NCBI GenBank assembly: GCA_034003985.1
Contig: JAVEXP010000002.1
Location: 11,206 to 75,205 of the forward strand
Source of the DNA: Patescibacteria group bacterium
GTDB taxonomy: Bacteria; Patescibacteriota; Patescibacteriia; Buchananbacterales; UBA6539
Length of the DNA stretch: 64,000 nucleotides
Direction: 5' to 3'
The position numbers and the translations under genes are program-made. Shown piece after piece: positions 39,176 through 48,213 of this stretch (its first letter is position 1; each line of letters begins with the position of its first letter). The notes beneath the pieces are model-generated. The model had not been told where the DNA came from and did not search any database. It saw nothing but the letters and a program-made list of their open reading frames with translations.

Positions 39176-39538
39176 ATGGCTAGCTGTCACTACCAAGATT
39201 ATCAAAAGCCGCATCCGGTTGTCCATAAATTCACGACCATTTCGGCCCTTTTATTTTTGGTAATTTTAGGAATGATTGCTTATTATTTTTTGGAAGATTG
39301 GCGCTGGGTTTAATTATTTTATTTTACAGTTTGTACTGTTGGCTATGGTGATCTTTGTCCGATTACTGATGGCGCGAGGATTTTTACCGCGGTTTTTATT
39401 TTGAGCGGTGTCAGTATTGCCCTGGCCGCTTTGGGAATTATTGGCTCAAGCTATACTGATAAGCGTGCCCGAAAAATTGTTCAGGATAATCCTTCGATTG
39501 TTAAAAAATCTACCGGCCGTAATTTAAAGATTGGTTAA
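39176..39538 (+). pseudogene. two-TM potassium channel (KcsA-like; TVGYGD filter) interrupted by an in-frame TAA at 39311-39313
   Basis: Hand translation gives TM1 MASCHYQ...FLEDWRWV, then a stop, then LFYFTVCTVGYGDLCPITDGARIFTAVFILSG... (pore helix, selectivity filter, TM2) in the same frame. Each piece is below the ORF-track cutoff. Confidence 0.55.
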
Positions 39539-39566
39539 TAATATTAAATATTAATTTTAATTAAAA

Positions 39567-40190
39567 ATGAAAAAGGCATTAACCGTTTTAGTTTTGACTA
39601 GTCTATTGGCTTTGACCGGTTGTACTCCCAACATTGCTTCAACTAGCAATTCCAATCCCAGTCAACCGCCTCAGGAAGAAGGGCAGCCCGATATGGCCAC
39701 CATTTGTAGTGGCTTATGTGGCCGAACCATTCAAGATTTGTGCCATGACGAAATTGAAGATATGAAAGCGGCCGGTCAAAGCTTGGATGACAGTATTATG
39801 GATGAAGTTACTTGTCAGCTAATGTGTGAAGCCGAATGGACCGATGACACCATTGAATGCGTCTCGGCCGCTGATGATTGTGGCCAGTTGTTGAATGCTT
39901 CGCCTTATTGTATGGAAACTGAGGTTAAAGATGGCGATCAAGAAGCTGCCAATCAGCCGTTGCCGGGCAGTTGTGATCGCGCTTGCCGCAATTATGCTAA
40001 ATGTGTCGGATATGGTGATGATATTACGCCTGCCGATCAAGAGGACGCTTATAATAGTTGTCTACAAGTTTGCGCGACTTGGACTGCTGCTCAGCGTAAT
40101 TGTGTGACCAATACCGTCATTAACGCTCCGGTTGATTGCGCTGCTCAAACCGCCTGTGTTTTGCCGGCTGTTGATGCCATGATGAGATAG
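39567..40190 (+). CDS. acidic cysteine-rich lipoprotein (about 20 Cys)
   Basis: Lipobox LALTGC, then a D/E-rich mature domain with many Cys pairs. Confidence 0.55.
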   Translation: MKKALTVLVLTSLLALTGCTPNIASTSNSNPSQPPQEEGQPDMATICSGLCGRTIQDLCHDEIEDMKAAGQSLDDSIMDEVTCQLMCEAEWTDDTIECVSAADDCGQLLNASPYCMETEVKDGDQEAANQPLPGSCDRACRNYAKCVGYGDDITPADQEDAYNSCLQVCATWTAAQRNCVTNTVINAPVDCAAQTACVLPAVDAMMR

Positions 40191-40198
40191 CTAAGTGT

Positions 40199-41062
40199 AT
40201 GAGCAAAGAACCAACAATTCTAGAATCAGACAGACAGAAATCCAAGGTGCTAGTTGAGTTACATAATCAACCGCGACCATTGGTTGCTTTATCACTTGGT
40301 GGGGGAGGGGCTAAGACTTTTGCCCACCTGGGAGTAATTGATGCCTTGGAACAGCATAATATACCAATTGATTTTTTGGTGACTTGTTCGGCCGCCTCGG
40401 TAGTTGGTATTTTGCATAACATCGGAGTGTCTAGCGAAGAGATAATGAAGGAATTCAAAAGAAAGCGCAAGTGGTTTCGAATTTTTAGAGGGTCACTTTT
40501 TAAAGAGATTCTGAAAAAATATCTCAAACAAAATGATATCTCCGACATCAAGCAGGCTAAACGGCCCATGTCGATTGTTACGGTTGATCTGAAAACCGGC
40601 CGGGAAGTGATTTTTGAGCAAGGTGATCCGCTAATTGTTCCTTTGGCTTCCAGCGCTTTTCCTGGAATTTGGCGGCCGTTTAAATTTCAGGATTATGAAT
40701 TAATTGACGGTGGTGTTTTAAATCCCGATCCGGCTGATATCGCCCGGACTAAAGTCGGAGCGAAGGGTATTGTTATCAGTGTCAGTCTAAAGATGGAATT
40801 TGTTCAAGAGAGTAATCGCAATCGTTTTAATACTATTTTGAAATCGCTTTATTTGTCTTCTTTAAAATTGCGAAGTAAAATCATTGAAGACAATTCCGAC
40901 ATTGTTATTTCTCCGGCCAATGATTTAAAGATCAATTTCCGTGATTGGCGTGAAACATTTTTTGGCTATTTTAGTAATGCCAAAATTGATTATTACTACC
41001 GCAAGGGTTATGACGAAGCAAATAGTAAAATTCCTAGAATAAAAGAATTATTTAACGGTTAA
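40199..41062 (+). CDS. patatin-like phospholipase
   Basis: GGGGAKTF oxyanion motif, DGG catalytic Asp motif (IDGGVLNPDP), and a TCSAAS segment in the nucleophile-elbow position. Confidence 0.7.
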   Translation: MSKEPTILESDRQKSKVLVELHNQPRPLVALSLGGGGAKTFAHLGVIDALEQHNIPIDFLVTCSAASVVGILHNIGVSSEEIMKEFKRKRKWFRIFRGSLFKEILKKYLKQNDISDIKQAKRPMSIVTVDLKTGREVIFEQGDPLIVPLASSAFPGIWRPFKFQDYELIDGGVLNPDPADIARTKVGAKGIVISVSLKMEFVQESNRNRFNTILKSLYLSSLKLRSKIIEDNSDIVISPANDLKINFRDWRETFFGYFSNAKIDYYYRKGYDEANSKIPRIKELFNG

Positions 41063-41265
41063 ATTATTAAAATTTGATGCGGTGCAATGTAGTGGTTGGA
41101 GGGGCTTTACTTTGCTTGATTCTTAAAATTATTTTATAATTATATATGGTAGTTTCTTTTCTAGATTTTTTGAGAATATAGAAAAGAAATAAAAAATCAA
41201 TTTTTTTAGTATTAACCAATGATGGGCATAAAAAATAGCCCTAATTTGGATATTTATCAAAAAAT

Positions 41266-44220
41266 ATGGCAAAAAAAATCATCTCTTTCATCTTAGTTGG
41301 GGCTTTTGTCCTATCTGCCTGTTTATTGACGACTGGTGGAGTAACGGCCGCCGCTAGTTATAACGGTAAGATCGTCAAAACCAGCGGTGTTTCCGGACTT
41401 TATTATGTTGCCTCTAACGGCAAACGCTATGTTTTTCCCAGTGAGCAGACTTTCAAGACTTGGTTTCCCGATTTTAATGATGTAGTCAGTATCAGTATGT
41501 CCGACCTGGGCCAGATTCCGTTAGTTGGTAATGTGCTTTACCGCCCTGGGGTGTTGCTTATTAAAATTCAGACTGATCCCAAGATTTATGCCGTTTCTAA
41601 TAATGGCGTTTTGCATTGGGTAACTACCGAGGCGATTGCTAAGGCGCTTTATGGCGATAATTGGAATTTATTGGTCGATGATGTGGCTGATTCATTCTTT
41701 GTCAATTATACGGTTGGTGATCCGATTGACAGCGTCGCTGATTATAATCCTGATACCGAAGTTCAAAATACCGGTAGCATTGATGCCAACCATGGCTTAT
41801 CAATTGCCAGTGCTCTTAAGGCCAGAACCGGCAAGTGTGTTATTTCCAACAAGAGCCGGGTTTGCCAGGTTGGTAACACCAATACCAATACCAACACTAA
41901 CACTACGGTTGGTGGTGATCCGTATATCACAGCGATGGCAGTAGCCAATGGTGGCCAGACGGGTTATATTGATGTTGGCGATACCATCATTGTTAATTTT
42001 AACGAATCAGTTGATCCAACTTCAATCAATAGCGGCCTAACCAAAGGCGGTTCAGTTAGTAATGTCACCGCTTCCCAGACCGGCGGTATTAAACTGGCTT
42101 CATCGGGCAAGGTGACGGTGACTAATATCGCCGAGTTTGATATGGGTTCGGTTGATTATTCGGAAACTTTCACTGTTAAATTGACGCTTGATTCCACCGG
42201 TAAGATTTTGACGATTACTTTGACTGGTGGTAGCGATGTGGAAATTACCGAAGAAGATTTTAGTGGCGCTCGCCAGATCGGCGGTACGGTTGAAGATGTC
42301 GATGGCAATGCCATGGACGACGATTCAAGCATTACCGATCCGACTGGCACCTTTGGCGGTTCCGAAAGCACCAATCCTTATATTGCTTCAATCGCGGTGG
42401 CTAATGGCGGGGAAGAAGGTTACATTGATGTTGGTGATACTATCACCGTTAATTTTAGCGAGGCGATTAATCCGACTTCAATTAACAACAATTTAGACGA
42501 AGGTGATTATGTTTCTAATGTTTCTTATCTTAATACCGGAGGTATTAGAGTTTCTTCGTCCGGCAAGGTTACAATTACCAATATCGCTTCTTTTGATATG
42601 GGTTCGGTTGATAATTCCGAAACTTTCACCGTCAAGTTGGATTTAAGTTCCAATGCCAAGACCTTAAAGATTGTTTTGACCAGCGGTAGTGATGTGGAAG
42701 TTGTTGAAGAAGATTTCAGTAATGCCAGCCAGACCGGTGGCACCATCAAAGACAAAGATGGTGAAACAATGATTAGTGATTCCAGTATCAGCGATCCAAC
42801 CGGCAGTTTTGGCGGCACTTACTACAATACTAACGGCAGTCCTTATATCACGGAAATTGAAGTCGCTGACGGCGGAGACGAAGGTTTTATTGATGTCGGT
42901 GACAGTATTGCTATTAGTTTTAATGAGGCAATTGATCCGGAATCAGTCAACGATGATTTGGAAAAGGGCGGTTATGTCACCAATGTTCTGTCTTCGGAAA
43001 CAGGGGGAGTTAGAGTTTCTTCTTCCGGGGAAGTAATTGTTAGTGACATTGCGGTTTTTGAAGCCGGCACTGTTGGCTATTCGGGAACTTTTGTTTCTAA
43101 ACTAGCCCTTGATTCCACCGGCAAAATTTTGACTATTACCTTGACTAGCGGCGGTGACATTGAAATTATTGAAGAAGATTTGGATAATGCCAGTCAGACC
43201 GGCGGAACGATTGAGGATGTTGATGGTAATAAAATGGCAAGCGATGCCAGTATTACCGATCCGACCGGCACTTTTGGCGGTGATTATGATGACGGCAGCG
43301 ATGGCAGCAGTAACCCGTATATTACGGCCATTGTCGTGGCCAATGGCGGTGACAGCGGTTATATTGATACGGGCGACAGTATTGCCATTACTTTCAACGA
43401 AGCAATTGAACCAGAGTCGATTAACGATGATTTGGAAGCGGGTAGTTATGTCACAGGTGTTTCTTATTCGGAAGTTGGTGGTATCAGAGTTTCTTCATCC
43501 GGCAAGGTTTCAATTAACGAGATTGCTTCTTTTGACATGGGCTCGGTTGACAATTCCGAAACTTTCACCGTCAAATTGGCCTTAAGTTCCAATGCCAAGG
43601 TTTTAACCATTACCTTGACCAGCGGTACGGATGTTGAAATTACCGATGAATACTTTAGTGATGCCGCTCAGACTGGCGGTACCGTCCGCGATACTGATGA
43701 TAATGAGATGGCCAGTGATTCCAGTATTGATATTCCAGCCGGTACCTTTGGTGGGGATAATGACAGTGGGGATAATGACAGCTATCCTTATATTACCAAA
43801 GTGGCGGTTGCCAATGGCGGTGATAGCGGTTACATTGATGCCGGTGATACTATTGCCATTACTTTCAGTGAAAAAATTGATCCCGAGTCAATTAATGCCA
43901 ATTTAGATCAGGGCAGTTATATTAACGGAGTAGCCTATACTTTGGCTGGTGGAGTTAGTATTTTTGCCGCCGGCGCGGTGGTAATTGAAAAAATCGCGGT
44001 GTTTGATGCCGGGACCGTAGCCAGCGCCGGAACATTTACCGTCAAATTGGCTTTAGATTCAACCGGTAAGATTTTGACAGTCACTTTGACTAATGGTAGT
44101 GATATTCGGGTTACTGATCAAAGTTTTGGCACTACTACCCAAACTGGCGGAACGGTTAAGGACGGCGCCGGTAATGCCATGAGGAATTCCAGCCTCAGTC
44201 GTCCTTCCGGAAGCTTCTAG
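41266..44220 (+). CDS. large secreted/surface protein with N-terminal signal-anchor, NTNTNTNT linker and 5-6 tandem repeats of about 155 aa
   Basis: 984 aa. The repeat consensus is PYIT...VANGG..GYIDVGD.I...F.E.IDP.SIN..L..G.YV..V......GG.RVSSSGKV.......FDMGSVDNSETFTVKL.L.S...L.ITLT.G.D.E...E.F..A.QTGGT..D.DGN.M..D.SI.DPTG.FGG. Confidence 0.7.
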   Translation: MAKKIISFILVGAFVLSACLLTTGGVTAAASYNGKIVKTSGVSGLYYVASNGKRYVFPSEQTFKTWFPDFNDVVSISMSDLGQIPLVGNVLYRPGVLLIKIQTDPKIYAVSNNGVLHWVTTEAIAKALYGDNWNLLVDDVADSFFVNYTVGDPIDSVADYNPDTEVQNTGSIDANHGLSIASALKARTGKCVISNKSRVCQVGNTNTNTNTNTTVGGDPYITAMAVANGGQTGYIDVGDTIIVNFNESVDPTSINSGLTKGGSVSNVTASQTGGIKLASSGKVTVTNIAEFDMGSVDYSETFTVKLTLDSTGKILTITLTGGSDVEITEEDFSGARQIGGTVEDVDGNAMDDDSSITDPTGTFGGSESTNPYIASIAVANGGEEGYIDVGDTITVNFSEAINPTSINNNLDEGDYVSNVSYLNTGGIRVSSSGKVTITNIASFDMGSVDNSETFTVKLDLSSNAKTLKIVLTSGSDVEVVEEDFSNASQTGGTIKDKDGETMISDSSISDPTGSFGGTYYNTNGSPYITEIEVADGGDEGFIDVGDSIAISFNEAIDPESVNDDLEKGGYVTNVLSSETGGVRVSSSGEVIVSDIAVFEAGTVGYSGTFVSKLALDSTGKILTITLTSGGDIEIIEEDLDNASQTGGTIEDVDGNKMASDASITDPTGTFGGDYDDGSDGSSNPYITAIVVANGGDSGYIDTGDSIAITFNEAIEPESINDDLEAGSYVTGVSYSEVGGIRVSSSGKVSINEIASFDMGSVDNSETFTVKLALSSNAKVLTITLTSGTDVEITDEYFSDAAQTGGTVRDTDDNEMASDSSIDIPAGTFGGDNDSGDNDSYPYITKVAVANGGDSGYIDAGDTIAITFSEKIDPESINANLDQGSYINGVAYTLAGGVSIFAAGAVVIEKIAVFDAGTVASAGTFTVKLALDSTGKILTVTLTNGSDIRVTDQSFGTTTQTGGTVKDGAGNAMRNSSLSRPSGSF
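41915..44220. repeat. diverged tandem DNA repeats (period about 450-475 bp, 5 copies) inside the 984-aa surface protein gene
   Basis: Repeat starts found at about 41921, 42373, 42838, 43313 and 43785 by aligning the PYIT...GYIDVGD segments. Confidence 0.7.
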
Positions 44221-44389
44221 CTCAAAAAAGAATTCTATAAGCCAAAAACCGCTTTAAAGCGGTTTTTGGCTTATAGAAAATTTTTATCAATTTGGAATAG
44301 TTTGTTATAATATATTTATTGGTTGTTACTTTTGGATTTTTTCATCGTTTTATATTTTTGAGTTAAAAATTTATTATTTTTTAAAATAT

Positions 44390-45445
44390 ATGAAATTACC
44401 AAAGGATTTTCACTTGGAACCGATGAATGTCTTAAAAATCACCGGCTTGGTATTGGCCGCCATAATTTTAGTGGTCGTAGCTTTTCGGTTGATTGGTTCA
44501 TCGTTTAATGTTTTGTTGTCTAATTCCGGTTTGCGGAATTTAGTCAGTCAAAAATCAGCTGGCGTGGGACTGATGGAAGAATCTTATTATGACACCAGTA
44601 GTATGGCTTACGATAAGTCCGCGGGGGGTACCGCCGGCTTGTCTCTCCGTAATGTCGCTTCACCGTCCGTGCCGTCGGCTGGCGATATTGTGGCTGGCAA
44701 CGATGCCGAAGAGTTTGAAGTTACCGAATATGGCGCTACCGTGGAAACTCGCCGTTTAGCTGACACTTGTCAAAAAATAGTTGATCTTAAATCTCGTTCC
44801 GATGTCATTTTCGAGAATGCTAACGAATACGAAAAAAGTTGTAACTATACTTTTAAAGTCAAGCGCGACAGCGTCTCGGAAATTATTGGAGTCATTGAAT
44901 CGCTTAATCCCAAGGAATTGAATCAAAATACTTATACGATAAAAAATTTAGTCGAGGATTATACCGGTGAAGTGGAGATTCTGGAAAAGAAAATGGCTTC
45001 AATTGAAGAAACTTTGGCCAATGCCGTCGCTGCTTACGACGATATTACGATATTGGCGACTCGTACCCAGGATGTTGAAAGTTTAGCCAAAATCATTGAT
45101 AGCAAGATTAATATCATTGAGCGACTAACCCAGGAACGGATTAATGTTAACGCTCAGCTGGAAAGGTTGCAGCGGGCCAAATCCGAGCAGCTGGATCGGC
45201 TTGATTACACTTATTTTAATGTTTATATTTTTGAGAACAAATTTGTTGATCCTCAAGATCTGAAAGATTCTTGGAAAAACGAGATTAAATCGTTTGTCCG
45301 TGATGTCAATAAAGTTGCTCAGGATATTACCATTAATTTGGCAGTGGTGTTACTTTGGGCTTTGCAGTATGTTCTTTATTTCTTTATCGCGTTGGTTATT
45401 GTTAAATACGGTTGGCAGCTGGCCAAATATATCTGGAAGAGATAG
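44390..45445 (+). CDS. membrane protein with N- and C-terminal TM helices and central coiled-coil (DUF4349-like)
   Basis: Hydrophobic segments at both ends, with a heptad-like ERLTQERINVNAQLERLQRAKSEQLDRL region between them. Confidence 0.45.
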   Translation: MKLPKDFHLEPMNVLKITGLVLAAIILVVVAFRLIGSSFNVLLSNSGLRNLVSQKSAGVGLMEESYYDTSSMAYDKSAGGTAGLSLRNVASPSVPSAGDIVAGNDAEEFEVTEYGATVETRRLADTCQKIVDLKSRSDVIFENANEYEKSCNYTFKVKRDSVSEIIGVIESLNPKELNQNTYTIKNLVEDYTGEVEILEKKMASIEETLANAVAAYDDITILATRTQDVESLAKIIDSKINIIERLTQERINVNAQLERLQRAKSEQLDRLDYTYFNVYIFENKFVDPQDLKDSWKNEIKSFVRDVNKVAQDITINLAVVLLWALQYVLYFFIALVIVKYGWQLAKYIWKR

Positions 45446-45462
45446 GTTTCGTAATTATTAAT

Positions 45463-45496
45463 CTAAAACGCCTTATTTTCAAATAAGGCGTTTTAG
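45463..45496. terminator. perfect palindrome CTAAAACGCCTTATTTTCAAATAAGGCGTTTTAG; terminator hairpin
   Basis: Read directly, 18 nt after the stop of the upstream gene. Confidence 0.5.
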
Positions 45497-45616
45497 ATTG
45501 GCCCGGCTTAGCTTGCTGGTTGGGTTCTCATAGTGTAAGATAAAATCAATAAGCCTGACTGTCAGACAATTTTATTTTTTATCAATTTATAACTAGTCAA
45601 AAGGGGGAAAAGATAG

Positions 45617-48169
45617 ATGGATATCAAGGGCTTAACCAATATTGAAGCAAGGGCAAGGTTGAAGAAGTATGGCTTCAACGAAATTAAGCGGATAAAAAAA
45701 ATCAATCCGTTTAAGATTTTTTTAGATCAATTTACTTCGCCGTTCATTTTGGTTTTGATCGGCGCGGCCATTGTCTCGGGTTTAATCGGTTTCATTCCGG
45801 GGCAGACTCCTGATTTAATTGATACGATCCTGATTTTAATCATCGTTTTTATCTCCGGCGCGGCTGGGTTTATCCAGGAGTATCGCTCTGAAGAAACCGT
45901 TGAAGCTCTGGTTAAAATGGCGGCTCCCTTGGCCAAAGTTTTGCGCGACGGAGCGGCAACCAAAATTAAGGCCGGAGAAATTGTCAAAGGTGATGTTATT
46001 TTAATCGAATCAGGCGACATCGTTCCGGCCGACGCCGAGTTAGTTGAAGTATTCAATTTACAAGTCAATGAGGCCAGCCTGACCGGTGAATCGCTTCCGG
46101 TAAATCGGCGGATTGGCGAGACCATCTTTATGAATACCTTCGTTAACACCGGTTTTGCCAAAGCACGGGTTGTTCGTACTGGCATGGAAACCGCCATGGG
46201 CAAAGTCGCTCAGAAACTTCAGACAATGCCCGATGACCAAAGTGCGTTTCGTCAGGAGATGTCGGTTTTTAGCCGCAATATTTCTCTAATTATTGGTAGC
46301 CTGGTTTTGGCCATGGCAATTGTCAATCTTTTGAAATATAGTCCCGGCGTCGCTATTCTGCTGGCGATATCTTTGGCGGTGGCCGCCATCCCCGAGGGGT
46401 TGCCAGCGGTTTTAACCTTGACTCTGTCGCTTAATGCCAAAATTATGGCCCAGAATAAAGCGCTGGTCCGTAAACTTTCGGCAATTGAATCAATCGGATC
46501 GGTTGATATTATTTGTACCGACAAAACCGGCACTTTAACCAGAAATGAAATGGAAGTCAAATATATCCATTTGCGCGACCGTTCTTTAGATATGAATCTT
46601 GTTAATCCGGCCAGTTTGGATGCTGAACTGAAGTTATTTTTTGTCGCCGGGGCACTTTGTAATAATTCTTTGATTGGTGGTACCGCTCAAAATCCCAAAT
46701 ATCTTGGTGATGAAACGGAAATTGCCTTGCGCAAAGCTTCGGCTCAGGCGGGAATTTTCAAAGAAAAATTGGAACCCGGGTATCAAAAAGTTGGTGAGAT
46801 TTCGTTTACCTCAAAACGCAAGATGATGACCGTGATTTATCATCAGTCTAAAAAGGCTCAGTTGGAAATTTTCAGCAAGGGGGCGCCGGAAGTTTTGATT
46901 GAGCATTGTAGCTCAGTCTACAATAACGGCAAGCTTATTAAGCTTAAGCCTGAAGACAAGGAAAAAATTTTAAAACAGAATAAAGAATTTGCCAAAAACG
47001 GTTTGCGGGTGTTGGGTTTGGCTGTCAGAAAAACCAAAGCCGTGGCCGAGAAAGATTTCAACAGTTTGGAGAATAATTTAGTTTGGCTTGGTTTGGAAGC
47101 AATGCATGACCCTCCTCGTCAGGAAGTGACTGAATCATTGGCTCAAGCCAGAAGCGCCGGCATCAGGGTGATAATGATTACCGGCGATAATATTTTAACC
47201 GCTCAGGCCATCGCTCGGGAGGTCGGCCTGCGGAGCGCCGGCGCTTTAGCGGGACATGAGCTGGAGCAGCTGTCAGACTCGGAACTGGAAATGAAGTTGG
47301 CCGCGGATATTAATATTTTTGCCCGCACTACTCCAGAACACAAATTACGCCTTTTGGAAGTTTTGAAAAAACACTATCGAGTGGCGATGACAGGGGACGG
47401 CGTTAATGATTCGTTGGCTCTGAAAAAAGCCGATGTCGGCGTGGCCATGGGAATTAAAGGCACGGAGGTGGCCAAAGAGGCCAGTGATATTATTCTATTG
47501 GATGATAATTTTGCCACCATCACCAACGCTATTAAGGAAGGCCGTAAGACATTTGATAACATCAGGAAGTTTGTCAATTATTTATTAACCTGCAACTTGG
47601 CTGAAATTTTTGTTATTTTTATCGCAACAATTTTTGTTGACATTTCCGGCCCGGTGCTGTTTCCCGCTCAAATTCTATGGATTAATCTTTTGACCGATGG
47701 TTTGCCAGCTTTGGCCTTGGGGGTTGATCCCGCCCGCCCAGATGTAATGAAAGAAGCTCCTCGCGGTAAAAATAAATTGATATTGAGTCGTCGTTTGCGT
47801 TGGCTGATTGGTAGTATTGGTTTAAAAAAAGCCGCCATTTTGCTGGCAATATTCGTAGGGACATTACCGCTGGGTTTGGATGTGGCCCGGTCAACCCTGC
47901 TGACCGGCTTTGTTTTTTATGAATTTGTCAGAGTTGGTAGTATTCGTTCTCAGGAAAAATTAGGTTGGTTTTCCAATAAATGGTTGATTGTTGCCCTGCT
48001 TGCTTCTTCTGCCGCTCAGCTGTTTATTCTTTACACACCACTTAATGCTTTTTTTGGCTTGGTCCCATTGGGCTGGCAGTCGTGGTTGATTATGGGGACG
48101 GGTATTGCCCTGGGTTATCTGATTGCAATTTGGATTACCAAGTTGGTATTCAAATTGATCCCGGAATAA
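45617..48169 (+). CDS. P-type cation-transporting ATPase, type II (Ca2+/Mg2+-type)
   Basis: TGES, DKTGTLT, TGDGVNDSLAL and PEGLPA motifs. 850 aa, 10 TM. Confidence 0.9.
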   Translation: MDIKGLTNIEARARLKKYGFNEIKRIKKINPFKIFLDQFTSPFILVLIGAAIVSGLIGFIPGQTPDLIDTILILIIVFISGAAGFIQEYRSEETVEALVKMAAPLAKVLRDGAATKIKAGEIVKGDVILIESGDIVPADAELVEVFNLQVNEASLTGESLPVNRRIGETIFMNTFVNTGFAKARVVRTGMETAMGKVAQKLQTMPDDQSAFRQEMSVFSRNISLIIGSLVLAMAIVNLLKYSPGVAILLAISLAVAAIPEGLPAVLTLTLSLNAKIMAQNKALVRKLSAIESIGSVDIICTDKTGTLTRNEMEVKYIHLRDRSLDMNLVNPASLDAELKLFFVAGALCNNSLIGGTAQNPKYLGDETEIALRKASAQAGIFKEKLEPGYQKVGEISFTSKRKMMTVIYHQSKKAQLEIFSKGAPEVLIEHCSSVYNNGKLIKLKPEDKEKILKQNKEFAKNGLRVLGLAVRKTKAVAEKDFNSLENNLVWLGLEAMHDPPRQEVTESLAQARSAGIRVIMITGDNILTAQAIAREVGLRSAGALAGHELEQLSDSELEMKLAADINIFARTTPEHKLRLLEVLKKHYRVAMTGDGVNDSLALKKADVGVAMGIKGTEVAKEASDIILLDDNFATITNAIKEGRKTFDNIRKFVNYLLTCNLAEIFVIFIATIFVDISGPVLFPAQILWINLLTDGLPALALGVDPARPDVMKEAPRGKNKLILSRRLRWLIGSIGLKKAAILLAIFVGTLPLGLDVARSTLLTGFVFYEFVRVGSIRSQEKLGWFSNKWLIVALLASSAAQLFILYTPLNAFFGLVPLGWQSWLIMGTGIALGYLIAIWITKLVFKLIPE

Positions 48170-48213
48170 TTTTATGTTATCCGAAAATAAAAATTTTGAT
48201 GCCAGATTAAAAA

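Noticed and set aside
39165-39262. Alternative ATG at 39165 giving a 32-aa peptide (MGFRWLAV...)
   Set aside because: Out of frame with the K+ channel and has no supporting features.
39311-39313. In-frame TAA as evidence of an alternative genetic code
   Set aside because: Most genes in the window terminate with TAA or TGA, and long standard-code ORFs are intact throughout. A nonsense mutation or sequencing error is more parsimonious.
41636-43906. Multiple 60-140-aa ORFs on both strands inside the 984-aa repeat protein gene
   Set aside because: These are artefacts of the repetitive, compositionally biased coding sequence. The 984-aa frame is continuous and has a signal peptide.
45727-46560. 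Minus-strand ORFs inside the P-type ATPase gene
   Set aside because: Shadow ORFs. The plus-strand frame carries all P-type ATPase motifs.
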